DNA from: Balanoglossus misakiensis
Taxonomy: Eukaryota > Animalia > Hemichordata
DNA length: 64,000 nucleotides
NCBI GenBank assembly: GCA_040954595.2
Contig: CM082578.2
Location: 4,260,831 to 4,324,830 of the forward strand
Direction of reading: 5' to 3'
Positions 62,392-64,000 of this stretch are shown here, piece by piece. The notes beneath the pieces were generated by a model, which worked only from the letters and a program-made list of their open reading frames with translations, did no database searches and was not told the DNA's origin. The translations under genes were made by a program, and so were the position numbers. How positions within the stretch are numbered: position 1 is the first letter of the stretch; the number at the start of each line of letters is the position of its first letter.

Positions 62392-64000
62392 GTAAGCATT
62401 GGGCGTGACTAATACCATGCCAGTGTTTAAGAAAAATGTTAATTCAGGGTAGATGGTCGCGGTGCATACCGGGAGTTTGTTCTCGAGTCATATGACGGCA
62501 GATTCAGCCATTCGCAAATAATTAGCTGTCGAACTCAAGGGCAGCTGATATGTTTGTCGATTATCATTACTTTAGTTAATTTACTGCCAACTCCTCTGTC
62601 ACAGTCCACTTGCAATTCATTCCAATTGGAAAACATTGTTACGGTTTAGTGAAAATTCGGTAAGGCAAGTGAAACTGTAATGACGCACGCAGTAGATTAC
62701 AATTAATAGGTTATACTATACTTTAATGAAATGACGTGGAAAATATTTGCACTCTAATTAGCGTTAATGCATCACCCGCTCATTTATGTTGGGTTTTGCT
62801 CGTTCAAAGTTTAAAAACTGTTAATGTTATAGAAGACACACCGAAAAATATTTCGAATTTTGTAAGAAATTATTCACTTTGGAATTGAGCTGCTGGAAAA
62901 GATGATTTCATTAGTTTTTTAATTGTTCCAACGCATTTTACCAAGGATGACTGACCCAGCAAAATTTGAATGAGTGAGTGTTACAGTATCGGTATACGCC
63001 TTGGAACACACACATGCTGCAAAAATACAATGGGCACGGTTATTGCGGTTTACATGCGAATCCTGTAAAATACCGTCAGCATATTTTTTTTTGCTCCACT
63101 GTCTGTTGTATCTTATTTTGACCCATCTATTCATTTGAGTAATTAGAATAATTGTTTTCGATGATTAATAATTGAAGTGCCTTTATCGGCATTAAGGATG
63201 AAAGCTCAGTTTCGACTGCACAATCCGTCTGTAGTGTGACTGAGGCAGTGTTTACTGTTTAAATATATAAAGCACATATTAAGGTTTAAGATGGGTCCCT
63301 AGGATCTTTTTGCCCGTTGCTATGGGCCTTTATAGGACATTACACCCCGATTTGGACTAAGCCGTTTTCAGAGTCTAACAAGGGGCTGGTAACTAGTTAA
63401 AAATACGCACGATTGTGAGCGCGCGCCCCCTGACGCCATTGATATGCAAATTAGTTAGGTCAAATTTCAAAAGCCTAAGGCTTTTTATTCCGTGACCTCA
63501 AAAACGAACTTGATACGTATTCATTAGTTGCTTGAACCAGGGAAGATCGTGACGGATTTTGTTTTCGAATATTATCGTTGTATCCTACGATTTCAGCATA
63601 CCCGTACCACACCTGAAAAAGTCGTCGATTTTAGGTGTTTTTGGACGCACTCTTCCACTGGTATCGCTTCTTAGCACGACGAAAACCGAAAAAACGATCC
63701 GTCACACTATGCGGAAGTGCGTTCTCAACAAGCAGGTCAAATTTGGCTGGCCTACGTCGCCTGTGAAAAAAGCCTTAGGGATTTTCGTGAACGGTACAAA
63801 ATCTCTGTGTACAAAACATTGGATTTTTAGCGTTCGATCCAGTTACTGTGGTTACAGGACGCGCACGCTATCGCTGACCGCTGCTTTGCCGTATTAGTAC
63901 CGTGGACGAAATCGACACACGGTGTAGGTTTCAAACCTACACTGTCCCTTTGCTACAAAATGCGCGCGTACGGTGTAGGTTTCAAACCTACACTGTCCCT

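Noticed and set aside
63919-64000. CRISPR array
   Set aside because: Eukaryotic intron context, only two repeats, a 20-bp spacer and no cas genes; kept only as an unexplained repeat.

Overview
Intron-rich animal genomic DNA, not prokaryotic. Gene structure and repeat content suggest a marine invertebrate such as a hemichordate or cephalochordate, which is an inference only. Three spliced genes could be rebuilt by hand with consistent GT-AG junctions and intron phases. (1) A minus-strand uncharacterised gene with an N-terminal degenerate FHA domain followed by armadillo-like repeats (ATG 10046, at least 8 exons down to 2224), with a palindromic RFX X-box upstream. (2) A complete 16-exon minus-strand DENND6A/B orthologue (32675 to 12133, 581 aa). 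(3) The 5' part of a plus-strand DEG/ENaC channel (53984 to beyond 62391) whose extracellular finger region carries furin-type sites, three PAN/Apple domains, a Ser/Thr-rich stalk and an acidic tract; this is the most unusual element here. Introns and intergenic DNA hold a decayed DIRS tyrosine-recombinase retrotransposon, several TTAA-flanked Kolobok-like MITE families, nested TAG...CTA MITEs with 9-10 bp TSDs, Helentron-type non-autonomous elements, hairpin-headed elements, a 214-bp tandem repeat and microsatellites.
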